NCBI GenBank assembly: GCA_963705985.1
Contig: CAVPLK010000003.1
Span: 67,745-131,744 of the forward strand
Source of the DNA: an uncultured Gemmatimonadales bacterium
GTDB taxonomy: Bacteria; Gemmatimonadota; Gemmatimonadetes; Gemmatimonadales; GWC2-71-9
Reading direction: 5' to 3'
DNA length: 64,000 nt
The translations under genes were made by a program, and so were the position numbers. Within the stretch, counting starts at the first letter, position 1. The number at the start of each line of letters is the position of its first letter. This document shows positions 19,725 to 29,750 of the stretch, one piece after another. A model generated the notes under the pieces. That model saw only the letters and a program-made list of their open reading frames with translations. It was not told the origin of the DNA and ran no database searches.

Positions 19725-22390
19725 TATACCGTCGCTCGTGTGCGGTCCATGGTGCCGCGCTTGGCCAGCGCCGCTTGCGCGGCGGCCAGCCGGGCAATCG
19801 GCACGCGGAAGGGTGAACAACTGACGTAATTCATGCCCAGGTCATCGCAGAAGCCGATGGCAGCTGGCTCGCCGCCATGCTCCCCGCAGATACCGAGCTT
19901 GAGGTCCTGCCGGGTCCGGCGGCCGAGGTCGCAGGCCATCGCGACGAGCTTCCCGACCCCGGACTGGTCCAGGACCTGGAAGGGGTCGTCGGGGATGATG
20001 CCGTGCTCGATGTAATAGGGCAGGAAGCTGCCGGCGTCGTCCCGGGACAGGCCCCACGTCATCTGGGTCAGGTCGTTGGTGCCGAAGCTGAAGAACTGCG
20101 CCTCCCCCGCGATCTCGTCGGCGGTGAGCGCGGCGCGCGGCACCTCGATCATCGTCCCCAGCAGGTAGGGCACCGTCAGCTGTCGCTCCCGGAACACCTC
20201 TTCGGCGACCTGCCGCACGATGAGCGCCTGGCGACGATACTCCACGACGGTGGAGGTGAGCGGGATCATCACTTCCGGTTGGACCCGCCCCTTCCGCGCC
20301 GCCACCGTGCACGCCGCCTCAAAGATGGCCCGCGCCTGCATGGCGGTAATCTCGGGATGGATGATGCCGAGCCGGCATCCGCGGAGCCCGAGCATCGGGT
20401 TTTGCTCCTTCAGGCGGTCCACGATCCGCTGCAGCTCCTTCGGGTCCCGTCCCATTTCTGCCGCCAACCCGGCCACTTCGTCCGGGTCGTGCGGCAGGAA
20501 CTCGTGCAGCGGCGGATCGAGCAGGCGGATGGTGACCGGATAGCCCTCCATCGCCCGGAAGATGCCCTCAAAATCGCCGCGTTGCATCGGCAGCAGGCGG
20601 GCCAGCGCCTTCCGGCGTCCCTCGTCGTCGGCGGCGACGATCATCTCCCGCATCGCCGAGAGTCGGTCGCCCTCGAAGAACATATGCTCGGTGCGGCAGA
20701 GCCCGATCCCCTCGGCGCCAAAGTCGCGGCCCTTGTGGGCATCGGCCGGAGTGTCGGCGTTGACCCGAATCCGGAGCGTGCGCACCTTGTCGGCCCAGCC
20801 GAGGAGCTTGTCGAAGTTCCCCGACACCTCCGGGGCCACCAGCGCCGCCCGGCCAGCCAGCACCCGGCCGGTCGCGCCGTCGAGCGTGATCCACTCCCCC
20901 TCGCCAATCCGCCGGCCGTCGACCGAGAAGTGGCCCCCCTCCTCGTCGACGGTGAGTTCCTGTGCTCCCGCCACGCACGGCTTGCCCATGCCGCGCGCGA
21001 CCACCGCAGCGTGGGAGGTCATCCCGCCACGCGCGGTCAGGATGGCCTTTGCCTGGATCATCCCGTGGAAATCTTCCGGGCTCGTCTCGCGGCGCACCAG
21101 GATGACCGCCTCGCCCTTCTTGCCCAGTGCCTCCGCCCGGTCGGCGGTGAAGACCACGGCCCCCGAGGCCGCGCCAGGTGACGCCGGGAGGCCGGTCGTC
21201 AGGAGGTCGAGGGTGGCCTTCGGGTCGATGGTGGGGTGCAGGAGCTGGTCGAGGTCCATGGGAGGGATTCGGGCGACCGCCTCTTCCTGCGTGATCAGCC
21301 CTTCCGCGACCATCTCGCACGCGATGCGCACCGAGGCGTGCCCGGTGCGTTGCGCGCGGCGCGTCTGCAGCATGTAGAGCTTACGGTTCTCGATCGTGAA
21401 CTCGAGGTCCTGCACGTCGCGGAAATGGCGCTCCAGCGTGCGCGCCACTCGCTCGAGCTCCGCGAACGCCACCGGCAACGTCTCGCGGAGCGTCTCGATC
21501 GGCTCCGGGTCGCGCGAACCGCTGACGACGTCCTCACCCTGCGCGTTCAGCAGGTACTCCCCGTACAGCCGGTCCTCCCCGGTGGACGGGTCGCGGGTGA
21601 AGGCGACGCCGGTGCCGGAGCCCTCGCCGAGGTTTCCGAAGACCATCGTCACGATGTTGACCGCGGTGCCCATCGAGTCGGGAATGTCGTGTAGCCGGCG
21701 GTAGTCGATGGCGCGCTTGGTGTGCCAGCTCTCGAAGACCGCCTCGATGGCGCCCCACAACTGGTCGAGCGGGCGGTCCGGAAACGGCTTGCCGGTGGCG
21801 GCGGTGATGTGCGCCTTGAACTCCTTCACCAGCGCCTGCATCTCCTCGGCCGGCAGGTCGATGTCGCGCGCGACCTTGGCCTTCAGCTTGCGCTGCGCCA
21901 GCATCTCCTCGAACGGCGCCTTGGGCAGGTCGAACACCACGCAGCCGTACATCTGCACGAACCGCCGGTAGGAATCCCATGCGAAGCGGGGGTTCTTGCT
22001 CTGCTTCGCGAGGCCCGCAACCGTCTCGTCGTTGAGGCCGAGGTTGAGGATCGTCTCCATCATCCCGGGCATGGAGACGGCAGCCCCGGAGCGCACCGAC
22101 ACCAGCAGCGGATCGTCCACGCCGCCGAAGATCCTGCCGGTGGCGGCCTCGAGCCGCTGCAGCGCCGCCTCGACCTGCTGCAGCAGGCGCGGCGGGAACT
22201 GGCGCGACTCGAGGTAGGCGATGCAGATGGAACTGGCGATCGTGAATCCCGGGGGGACCGGGATGCCGATATTGGTCATCTCCGCAAGGCCGGCGCCCTT
22301 GCCGCCGAGGAGATCCTTCATGGCGGCCGTGCCGTCGGCGCGGCCCTGGCCAAAAAAGTAGACGAGAGGTTGGGTCATTCCACCGGTCAT
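19724..22390 (-). CDS. ppdK: pyruvate, phosphate dikinase
   Basis: 888 aa. ATP-grasp N-terminus, phospho-His swivel domain (TARGGMTSHAAVVARG) and PEP-utilising C-terminal TIM barrel. Confidence 0.96.
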   Translation of the reverse strand: MTGGMTQPLVYFFGQGRADGTAAMKDLLGGKGAGLAEMTNIGIPVPPGFTIASSICIAYLESRQFPPRLLQQVEAALQRLEAATGRIFGGVDDPLLVSVRSGAAVSMPGMMETILNLGLNDETVAGLAKQSKNPRFAWDSYRRFVQMYGCVVFDLPKAPFEEMLAQRKLKAKVARDIDLPAEEMQALVKEFKAHITAATGKPFPDRPLDQLWGAIEAVFESWHTKRAIDYRRLHDIPDSMGTAVNIVTMVFGNLGEGSGTGVAFTRDPSTGEDRLYGEYLLNAQGEDVVSGSRDPEPIETLRETLPVAFAELERVARTLERHFRDVQDLEFTIENRKLYMLQTRRAQRTGHASVRIACEMVAEGLITQEEAVARIPPMDLDQLLHPTIDPKATLDLLTTGLPASPGAASGAVVFTADRAEALGKKGEAVILVRRETSPEDFHGMIQAKAILTARGGMTSHAAVVARGMGKPCVAGAQELTVDEEGGHFSVDGRRIGEGEWITLDGATGRVLAGRAALVAPEVSGNFDKLLGWADKVRTLRIRVNADTPADAHKGRDFGAEGIGLCRTEHMFFEGDRLSAMREMIVAADDEGRRKALARLLPMQRGDFEGIFRAMEGYPVTIRLLDPPLHEFLPHDPDEVAGLAAEMGRDPKELQRIVDRLKEQNPMLGLRGCRLGIIHPEITAMQARAIFEAACTVAARKGRVQPEVMIPLTSTVVEYRRQALIVRQVAEEVFRERQLTVPYLLGTMIEVPRAALTADEIAGEAQFFSFGTNDLTQMTWGLSRDDAGSFLPYYIEHGIIPDDPFQVLDQSGVGKLVAMACDLGRRTRQDLKLGICGEHGGEPAAIGFCDDLGMNYVSCSPFRVPIARLAAAQAALAKRGTMDRTRATV

Positions 22391-22392
22391 GC

Positions 22393-23778
22393 TCAGCTCA
22401 CGGTCAGGGGGGACGCGTGCTGGATCTGGACCACGGCATCCGGCACGGCGGTCGGATAGTCGCCGGAGAAACAGGCGTGACAGAACGGCCCTCCGCCGGC
22501 CGCGCCGACCATGCCATCGAGACTGAGGTATCCCAGCGTGTCGACGCCGAGGTATTCCCGGATCTCTTCCAGCGAATGCGTCGAGGCGATCAGCTCTTCT
22601 CTGGTCGGGGTGTCGATACCGTAGTGGCAGGGCCCGGTGATGGGGGGTGAGGCCAGGCGGAGATGCACTTCGCGGGCGCCGGCGGCGCGGATCATCTGGA
22701 CCAGGCCCCGGCTCGTGGTCCCGCGGACCAGGCTGTCGTCGATGACAACGACCTTCTTGCCCTCGATGATGCCGCGCACCGGATTGAACTTGATCTTGAC
22801 CTTGGCGACCCGGTGCGACTGGGTCGGGTGGATGAAGGTGCGGCCGACGTAGTGATTGCGGATCAGTCCATGCTCGAGCTTGATGCCGGAGGCCTCGCTG
22901 TAGCCGAGGGCCATGGCGTTGCTGCTGTCCGGAACGGAGAAGACCACGTCGGCGCCGGGCGCCGGGTGCTCCAGGGCCAGCCGCCGGCCGGCCTCGCGGC
23001 GGACGCGGTCGACCGACATCCCGAAGATGTCGCTGTCGGGCCGGGCAAAGTAGATCAACTCAAAGACGCAACGGCTGACCGGCTTGGGCCGAAGCGGCTG
23101 CAGGTCCTCGATGACGCCATCGGTGATGCGCAGGAACTCGCCGGGCTTCATTTCGCGGAGGAAGGTCGCGCCGACCAGGTCCAGAGCGCAGGTCTCGCTG
23201 GCGGCCACCACTCCCGTGCCGAGGCGGCCAAGCACCAGCGGCCGGAAGCCGCGCGGATCGACCACCGCGTAGAGCGTGCGTCCGACGCCGATGATCAGGC
23301 TGTATGCGCCCTCGACCCGCGCCAGTGCGGACCGGATCTGGAGTTCGGGGTCAGGAACTTCGGAGCGTGCGATCAGGTGGACCAGCACTTCGGTATCGCT
23401 CGACGACGTGAAGATCGAACCGCGTTCGACCAGCGTCTTCTTGATGTCGGCGGCGTTGGTCAGGTTGCCGTTGTGCGCGACACAGAGCGACCCGATGCGA
23501 TAGTTGACGAGGCAGGGCTGGGCGTTGGCCAGGACGGTGCTGCCCGTGGTGGAGTAGCGGGTGTGCCCGACCGCGACGTCACCCGGGAGCTGTTCCAGCT
23601 CGGCTTCGCCGAAGGTCTCCGACACCAGGCCCATCCCGATGGTCTGGCGTGACTCGCCGTCCGGCGTGATGGCCACGATGCCGGCACTCTCCTGCCCCCG
23701 ATGCTGGAGGGCATAGAGCCCGAGATAGGCCACGCGGGCCGCATCGGGGACACCGGACACTCCCATGATTCCGCACAT
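22393..23778 (-). CDS. purF: amidophosphoribosyltransferase
   Basis: N-terminal MCGI (Ntn Cys), PRT motif VVVIDDSLVRGTT, C-terminal Cys cluster. Confidence 0.96.
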   Translation of the reverse strand: MCGIMGVSGVPDAARVAYLGLYALQHRGQESAGIVAITPDGESRQTIGMGLVSETFGEAELEQLPGDVAVGHTRYSTTGSTVLANAQPCLVNYRIGSLCVAHNGNLTNAADIKKTLVERGSIFTSSSDTEVLVHLIARSEVPDPELQIRSALARVEGAYSLIIGVGRTLYAVVDPRGFRPLVLGRLGTGVVAASETCALDLVGATFLREMKPGEFLRITDGVIEDLQPLRPKPVSRCVFELIYFARPDSDIFGMSVDRVRREAGRRLALEHPAPGADVVFSVPDSSNAMALGYSEASGIKLEHGLIRNHYVGRTFIHPTQSHRVAKVKIKFNPVRGIIEGKKVVVIDDSLVRGTTSRGLVQMIRAAGAREVHLRLASPPITGPCHYGIDTPTREELIASTHSLEEIREYLGVDTLGYLSLDGMVGAAGGGPFCHACFSGDYPTAVPDAVVQIQHASPLTVS

Positions 23779-23781
23779 GCG

Positions 23782-26085
23782 CTAGGCCTCCGCTCGGTCG
23801 CTGACGACCTCGCGCATCCGGCGCGGGATCGCGTCATCGTACACAGAACGGAGCCGGTCGATCGGCCACCGGTGGACAGTGCCAGGCAGGACGAATTCCA
23901 GTGATTCGCCGGGCGCCCGAACCTCGCCGGCGAGGTAGCCCTGCAGTCCGTGACGGCTGAGGAGCGCTCGGAGGCCCGGCAGAGCAGACGGGGCCACGCT
24001 GAGCACGACCCGGCCATGATCCTCGCCGTAGAGCACCTGGACGTCGGAGAGGCCGGGGGCGTAGGTGCGGAGGTCGATGATGGCTCCGAAGCCCCGCTCC
24101 GCGTAGGGGCCGCCGATGGCTGCCTCGGCCAGGGCGACGGCGAGTCCGCCCTCGGAACAGTCGTGCGCCGACCGAACGAGCCGCGCGGCGGCGGCTGCCA
24201 CGAGGAACCGCTGGAGCCGTGCCTCGTGGTCCAGGTCCACCGTCGGGCCGGCTCCGCCGAGGAAGTCACAGAGCTCCGCCCAGTACGCCGAGCCGCCCAA
24301 GGCGCCGGTACTGCCGCCGACGATCACGATGCGGTCGCTCACGGCCCGGAAATGGCTTGGCACGCGGTCTTCCGCCTTGCGGAGGAGGCCGACCATGCCC
24401 ACCGTCGGCGTGGGGTCCACCGCTCCGGTGGGACTCTCGTTGTAGAACGAGACGTTGCCGCCCGTCACCGGCGTTCCGAACGCGCGGCAGGCGTCGGAGA
24501 TCCCGCGACAGGCTTCGGTGAACTGGAAGAACACTTCCGGCTTCTCGGGGTTGCCGAAGTTCAGGCAGTCGGTGATGCCCAGCGGTTCGGCGCCGGTGCA
24601 GGCGACGTTGCGCGCCGCCTCGGCGACCGTCGCCTTGCCCCCCTCGTAGGGATCAAGCGCCACCAGCCGGTTGTTGCAATCGACGCTCACCGCCATGGCG
24701 AACGGCTCGGTCCCGACCCGGAAGACGCCGGCGTCACCGCCGGGGCCGAGCATCGTGGCGGCCTGCACCGTGGAATCGTACTGCTCGTACACCCACCGCT
24801 TGCTGGCGATGGAGGGCGCGTCGAGCAGCGCCTCCAGCGCCTCGGTCACGCCGACCCGCGGAGCCGTGGCGGGTTTCGCCTTGCGGCGCGCGGCGGCCGC
24901 AGGGGCCTCCCGCGCCTCGGGGGTGTAGATCGGGCAGTCATCCACCAGCGGCTGACCGGGAATCTCGGCGACGGTCAGGCCGTTGTGCCGGACGCGGAAC
25001 AGCCCGTCGTCGGTGACGTGACCGATGGCCGTGGCGTCGAGCTCCCACTTCTGGCAAACGGCCTGGATGGCGCTGACCTGGTGCGGTTCGGCCACCACGA
25101 GCATCCGCTCCTGTGATTCGGAGAGGAGAATCTCGTAGGGCGTCATCCCGGCTTCTCGCGTCGGGACCAGGCCGGTGTCGATCTCCACCCCGACGCCGCC
25201 GCGGGCGGCCATCTCGGCGCTGGAGCTGGTGAGCCCCGCCGCGCCCATGTCCTGGATCGCCACGATGAGTTTCGAGGTAATCAGCTCGAGGCTCGCCTCG
25301 AGGAGCAGCTTCTCGGTAAACGGATCGCCGACCTGCACCTGCGGGCGGCGCGCCTCGCTCTCTTCGGAGAGCTCTTCCGAGGCGAAGCTCGCGCCGTGGA
25401 TGCCGTCGCGGCCGGTCTTGGCACCGACGTTGAGCAGCACGTTTCCGACGCCGTGGGCCCGGGCCGTGGCCAGGTCCGCCTCCCGCAGGATGCCCACGCA
25501 CATCGCGTTGACAAGCGGATTGCCGGAGTACCCCGGCGCGAAGCCGACTTCGCCGCCGAGGGTGGGCACGCCGATGCAGTTGCCGTAGTCGCCCACGCCG
25601 CGCACCACGCCGGCAAAGAGGTAGCGGTTGCGCGGCTCCGTCAGCGGACCGAACCGGAGACTGTTCAGCACCGCCACGGGGCGGGCGCCCATGGTGAAGA
25701 CGTCCCGCAGGATGCCGCCGACCCCGGTCGCGGCGCCCTGGTAGGGTTCCACCGCGGAGGGATGGTTGTGGGACTCGATCTTGAACGCGACGGCCCAGCC
25801 GTCGGGAAGCCGCAGCACGCCGGCGTTCTCGCCGGGACCCTGGACGACCTGGGGTCCCGTGGTCGGGAATCGCCGGAGGACCGGCTTGGAGTGCTTGTAG
25901 GAGCAGTGCTCCGACCAGAGCGCGGAGAAGACGCCGAGCTCCGTCAGCGTCGGTTGCCGGCCGAGCATCGCCACGATGCGGTCGAATTCGGAGGCGGTCA
26001 GGTTGTGCTCCCGGACGACCTCCATGGTCACCGGTCGTTCTCCCGGGAAGGAGGCGGCGCGGGTGACCGGTGCAGCAGTGCTCAT
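23782..26085 (-). CDS. purL: phosphoribosylformylglycinamidine synthase subunit PurL
   Basis: 767 aa small-PurL architecture (duplicated AIRS-like domains; ESHNHPS motif). Confidence 0.96.
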   Translation of the reverse strand: MSTAAPVTRAASFPGERPVTMEVVREHNLTASEFDRIVAMLGRQPTLTELGVFSALWSEHCSYKHSKPVLRRFPTTGPQVVQGPGENAGVLRLPDGWAVAFKIESHNHPSAVEPYQGAATGVGGILRDVFTMGARPVAVLNSLRFGPLTEPRNRYLFAGVVRGVGDYGNCIGVPTLGGEVGFAPGYSGNPLVNAMCVGILREADLATARAHGVGNVLLNVGAKTGRDGIHGASFASEELSEESEARRPQVQVGDPFTEKLLLEASLELITSKLIVAIQDMGAAGLTSSSAEMAARGGVGVEIDTGLVPTREAGMTPYEILLSESQERMLVVAEPHQVSAIQAVCQKWELDATAIGHVTDDGLFRVRHNGLTVAEIPGQPLVDDCPIYTPEAREAPAAAARRKAKPATAPRVGVTEALEALLDAPSIASKRWVYEQYDSTVQAATMLGPGGDAGVFRVGTEPFAMAVSVDCNNRLVALDPYEGGKATVAEAARNVACTGAEPLGITDCLNFGNPEKPEVFFQFTEACRGISDACRAFGTPVTGGNVSFYNESPTGAVDPTPTVGMVGLLRKAEDRVPSHFRAVSDRIVIVGGSTGALGGSAYWAELCDFLGGAGPTVDLDHEARLQRFLVAAAAARLVRSAHDCSEGGLAVALAEAAIGGPYAERGFGAIIDLRTYAPGLSDVQVLYGEDHGRVVLSVAPSALPGLRALLSRHGLQGYLAGEVRAPGESLEFVLPGTVHRWPIDRLRSVYDDAIPRRMREVVSDRAEA

Positions 26086-26411
26086 TTCGACTCCGGGCGG
26101 GGCGCACGCAGCGCCGCAGAAAAATCACGCACGACGCGGCCCAGCAGGGTGGGGTCGTTCTTGGCGACCACCGCCGCGATCTCATCGGCGTCCAGGAAGA
26201 TGCCCTGGCAGTGCACGCAGCGGTCCACCGTCACCCCGTGGAACTCCTCGTGCACCAGGTCGTGTCCGTCCTTCGGGCACTTCATGTGGTGCAGCTGCCG
26301 GGTCGCTTCCTCGGCGGCGGCCTTGGCCCGCTCGCGCTGCGCCTTGAGCAGCTCCGCCTCTTCCCTGGCGAAGTACTCGTCTTCGCTCTTGCTTGGTTTT
26401 TGTGGGGTCAT
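26082..26411 (-). CDS. small coiled-coil + zinc-ribbon (zf-TFIIB-like) protein
   Basis: 109 aa. Charged helical N-terminus, then KCPKDGH...[15 protein letters not shown]. Stop overlaps the purL start (ATGA). GGAG lies 10 nt upstream of its ATG. Confidence 0.65.
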   Translation of the reverse strand: MTPQKPSKSEDEYFAREEAELLKAQRERAKAAAEEATRQLHHMKCPKDGHDLVHEEFHGVTVDRCVHCQGIFLDADEIAAVVAKNDPTLLGRVVRDFSAALRAPRPESK

Positions 26412-26425
26412 GCGCGGCGACTCCG

Positions 26426-27118
26426 TCAAGAAGTGGATCGAGTGGTCCGGCCAGGGAGCCACTCGGCAATGGAACGGAAGAACCCGGCGCCGACATCGCT
26501 CCCGGTCAGGGGCTCGGCATAGCGCTCGGGGTGGGGCATGAAGCCGACGACGGTGCCGGCGGCGTTCGAGACGCCGGCAATATCGGCGACCGACCCGTTG
26601 GGGTTTTCCCCCCGGGTGTACCGCAACACGACCCGGCCCTCGGCTTCCAGCATCCGGAGGGTATCGTCGTCCGCCACATAACAGCCGTCGCCGTGGGCCA
26701 CCGGTATCCGGATCTCCGTCCCGCGTGCATAGGCGCTGGTGCAGAAGGTGTCGGTGCGCTCGACGCGGACCCACACCGGACGCGACACGAACGTCAGGCG
26801 GTCGTTCCGGACCAGCGCCCCGGGGAGCAGATGCGCTTCGCAGAGGATCTGGAACCCGTTGCAGATGCCGAGCACGGCGCCCCCCTCGGCGGCGTGGCGC
26901 TGCACCGCCTGCATGACCGGGCTGAACCGGGCAATGGCGCCGGAGCGGAGATAGTCGCCGTAGCTGAATCCGCCCGGCAGGATCACCACGTCGGCCTGCT
27001 GCAGGTCGGTGTCGCGGTGCCAGACGAATCGTGCCTCCGCCCCGGCGTTCGCCACCGCACGGTACGCATCCCAGTCGCAGTTGCTGCCCGGGAACCGAAC
27101 GACCGCAACGCGCAGCAT
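26426..27118 (-). CDS. purQ: phosphoribosylformylglycinamidine synthase glutaminase subunit
   Basis: MLRVAVVRFPGSNCD..., with GICNGFQ (nucleophile Cys) and HPE triad elements. Start shares one nt with the purS stop. Confidence 0.94.
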   Translation of the reverse strand: MLRVAVVRFPGSNCDWDAYRAVANAGAEARFVWHRDTDLQQADVVILPGGFSYGDYLRSGAIARFSPVMQAVQRHAAEGGAVLGICNGFQILCEAHLLPGALVRNDRLTFVSRPVWVRVERTDTFCTSAYARGTEIRIPVAHGDGCYVADDDTLRMLEAEGRVVLRYTRGENPNGSVADIAGVSNAAGTVVGFMPHPERYAEPLTGSDVGAGFFRSIAEWLPGRTTRSTS

Positions 27119-27366
27119 CAGCCCTCCACGGCCAGGCTGAAGTCTTCGGTCACCGGGTTGGCCAGCAGCTTCTCGCACATCTGGCGGGCCGACGCCTGGG
27201 CGGCTTCAGCGCTTGGGGCGTCGATCGCGAGCTCGATGGCCCGGCCGACGCGGACATCGCCCGCGCCCTTGAACCCCAGGACCGCCAGTGCATGCTCGAC
27301 GGCCTGGCCCTGCGGATCGAGCAGACCGGCCCGGGGGACGACCCGGATGTGTACGCGATACGTCAT
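27118..27366 (-). CDS. purS: phosphoribosylformylglycinamidine synthase subunit PurS
   Basis: 82 aa with LLDPQGQAVEHAL and ANPVTEDF motifs typical of PurS. Confidence 0.9.
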   Translation of the reverse strand: MTYRVHIRVVPRAGLLDPQGQAVEHALAVLGFKGAGDVRVGRAIELAIDAPSAEAAQASARQMCEKLLANPVTEDFSLAVEG

Positions 27367-28205
27367 GAGGTGGATCCCTCGTGGTGGTCGTGCCCGTGGT
27401 CCGGGCGTACCTGAAGAGTCTGGGCTTCCACGGTGTCCTCGGCCCGCTCGGACAGGGCGATGAACGTGCTCCGGAGAATACCGAAGAGGAGATAGCCGAT
27501 GAAGAACGGAAAGAGGAACCGGGACGGGGCAAGGATCACCCCGGCCAGAATGCCCAGGGTGATCAGCGTGCCGAGTATGCCGGCGAGGGACCGGAAGCCG
27601 ATCCGGGGCGTCCGGGGGTACTTGACGGTGCTGAGCATCATCGCGGAGAGCGCGAGCATCAGGAAGGTCAGTCCCTGGCGCTGGAGGTCCAGGTATTCCG
27701 GGAACTTCTGATACCACTCGGTCTGGCTGAAGGCGAAATAGGTGGCCAGCGTCATCCCGGCGGCCGTCGAGGGGAGCCCGCTGAACCAGCCGGGAGTCCC
27801 TGAGCCGGCGGCCGTGATGTTGTACCGCGCCAGGCGGATGGCCGCGGCCGCGATGTAGAGGAAACTGAGCACCCACGCAAATCGGCCGGCTTCGGCAAAC
27901 TCCAGGAAATACATGAGCATGGCGGGGGCCACGCCGAAGGAGATCACGTCGACGAGCGAATCGAGCTCGGCGCCGAACCGGGTGCCGGTGTGCGAAAGGC
28001 GCGCCAGGCGTCCGTCGAGCACGTCGGCGACTCCGGCGAAGACGATGAACCACCCCGCCCACTTGAAGTTGCCCTGGGCGGCGTAGACGATCGACCAGAT
28101 GCCGAAGAAGAGGTTGCCCAGGGTGAACGCGCTGGGGATCACGATGATGGCGCGCCGGAGGCCGGGACGGCGAGGGGGCTGCCCGGCCGTTGCCTGATCG
28201 CTCAT
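27363..28205 (-). CDS. pssA: CDP-diacylglycerol--serine O-phosphatidyltransferase
   Basis: CDP-alcohol phosphatidyltransferase motif DVLDGRLAR...GAELDSLVD and a multi-TM body. ATG 28205 gives an ATGA overlap with psd; ATG 28211 is the alternative. Confidence 0.88.
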   Translation of the reverse strand: MSDQATAGQPPRRPGLRRAIIVIPSAFTLGNLFFGIWSIVYAAQGNFKWAGWFIVFAGVADVLDGRLARLSHTGTRFGAELDSLVDVISFGVAPAMLMYFLEFAEAGRFAWVLSFLYIAAAAIRLARYNITAAGSGTPGWFSGLPSTAAGMTLATYFAFSQTEWYQKFPEYLDLQRQGLTFLMLALSAMMLSTVKYPRTPRIGFRSLAGILGTLITLGILAGVILAPSRFLFPFFIGYLLFGILRSTFIALSERAEDTVEAQTLQVRPDHGHDHHEGSTS

Positions 28206-28828
28206 GGCCACTCCCCGATGATGGTGACGCCTGCCACGGTCCGCTCCCCCTCCGCCACCGTGATGGTGGCACCCCTGGGAAGGAAGACGTCGACCCGCGA
28301 CCCGAACCGGATCAGGCCCATCCGCTCTCCTTGCCGCACCGCGGTGCCCTCGCCGTGGTCGGTGACGATGCGGCGGGCAACCAGCCCGGCAATTTGCCGC
28401 ACGAGGACCTTGCCCCGCGTCGTCACGATGCCCACCGAGGACTGCTCGTTTTCCAGCGAGGCCTTCTCGGACGCCGCGTTCACGAACGCCCCGGGCGAGT
28501 ACTTCCGGTAGGTAATCGACCCGTCCACCGGATACCGGTTCACGTGCACGTTGAAGACGTTCATGAAAATGGAGACCCGGCGCACCTCGCCACCGTGGAA
28601 GTCGGGCTCGTCGATGTCCCGGACGCTCACCACCAGCCCGTCCGCGGGGGCGATCACCAGCCGCTCGCCCCGGGGACCGGTCCGGACCGGATCGCGGAAG
28701 AAGGCGATCACCCAGATCGCGACCGGAAGCCAGATGATCGCGGCGGTGGGAAAGCCGAACATCACCAGCCCCAGCTCGGCGAACCAGAACGCCGCAATGA
28801 ACGGCCAGCCCTCACGCGCGATGCGCAT
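28202..28828 (-). CDS. psd: phosphatidylserine decarboxylase proenzyme (short form)
   Basis: 208 aa. N-terminal TM and an FGSRVDV-type self-cleavage region. Confidence 0.88.
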   Translation of the reverse strand: MRIAREGWPFIAAFWFAELGLVMFGFPTAAIIWLPVAIWVIAFFRDPVRTGPRGERLVIAPADGLVVSVRDIDEPDFHGGEVRRVSIFMNVFNVHVNRYPVDGSITYRKYSPGAFVNAASEKASLENEQSSVGIVTTRGKVLVRQIAGLVARRIVTDHGEGTAVRQGERMGLIRFGSRVDVFLPRGATITVAEGERTVAGVTIIGEWP

Positions 28829-29750
28829 CAGCCGTCCTCGGGCAGCGGGTGCCCGGTCAGGCGTTCGTAGGCGTCCACGTAGCGGGCGCTGGTGGCGTCC
28901 AGGACCTCACGCGGCAGCGTGGGCGGGGGTGCCTCGCCGTTCCAGCGCCCGCTCGGCCTTCAGCACCGCGAGGTAGTCGCGCAGCGGCTGCTTGTCGAAG
29001 CTGGGCTGGGCCCGCCCCGGCTGGTAGCGGTCGGCGGGCCAGAACCGGGACGAATCGGGGGTGAGCACCTCGTCGATGACCCGGAGGGTGCCGTCGGCGT
29101 CCCGGCCGAACTCGAACTTCGTGTCGGCGATGATGATGCCGCGCGCCGCGGCGTGCCCGCGGCCCGCCTCGTAGAGGCGGAAGCTGGCGTCCCGCAACGC
29201 CTCCGCCTCCACCGTGCCGAGGGCCTCGGCCATCGTGTCGAACGTCACGTTCTCGTCGTGGCCGCTCTCCGCCTTGGTGGCAGGGCTGAAGATCGGCGGG
29301 TCGAGCCGGTCGCTCTCCACCAGGCCGGGCGCCAACGGCTCTCCCGCCAGGGTGCCGGTCTTCCGATACTCCGCCCAGGCCGAGCCGGTGATGTAGCCGC
29401 GGACCACGCATTCGAACGGCACCGGCGTCGTCCGGCGCACCAGCATGGTGCGCCCGCGAATGGCCTCACGATGCGGGGCGAGGTCCGGGTAGCGCTCGAG
29501 GATCTCGCCCGCATTGGCCGAGATGAAGTGCGACGGGAAGACGCCGGCCAGCTGTCCGAACCAGAAGGCGCTGACCTGGGTGAGGACGCGGCCCTTCTGC
29601 GCGATCGGTTCGTGCATCACCACGTCGAACGCGCTGATCCGGTCGCTGGCCACCAGCAGGAGTCGATCGGCGCTCGACCTCGTAGACCTCGCGCACCTTG
29701 CCCGCGCGGAGGAGGGGGAGGGGCAGCTCGCTGCGGAACATGACGGTCAT
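28828..29750 (-). pseudogene. purC: SAICAR synthase carrying two +1 frameshifts (or two assembly errors)
   Basis: N-terminal GKVREVYEV (frame 1), [11 protein letters not shown]...[10 protein letters not shown] (frame 2) and [31 protein letters not shown] (frame 3) are all PurC-like. Removing one nt near 29672 and one near 28945 gives a continuous 306-aa PurC. Confidence 0.85.
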
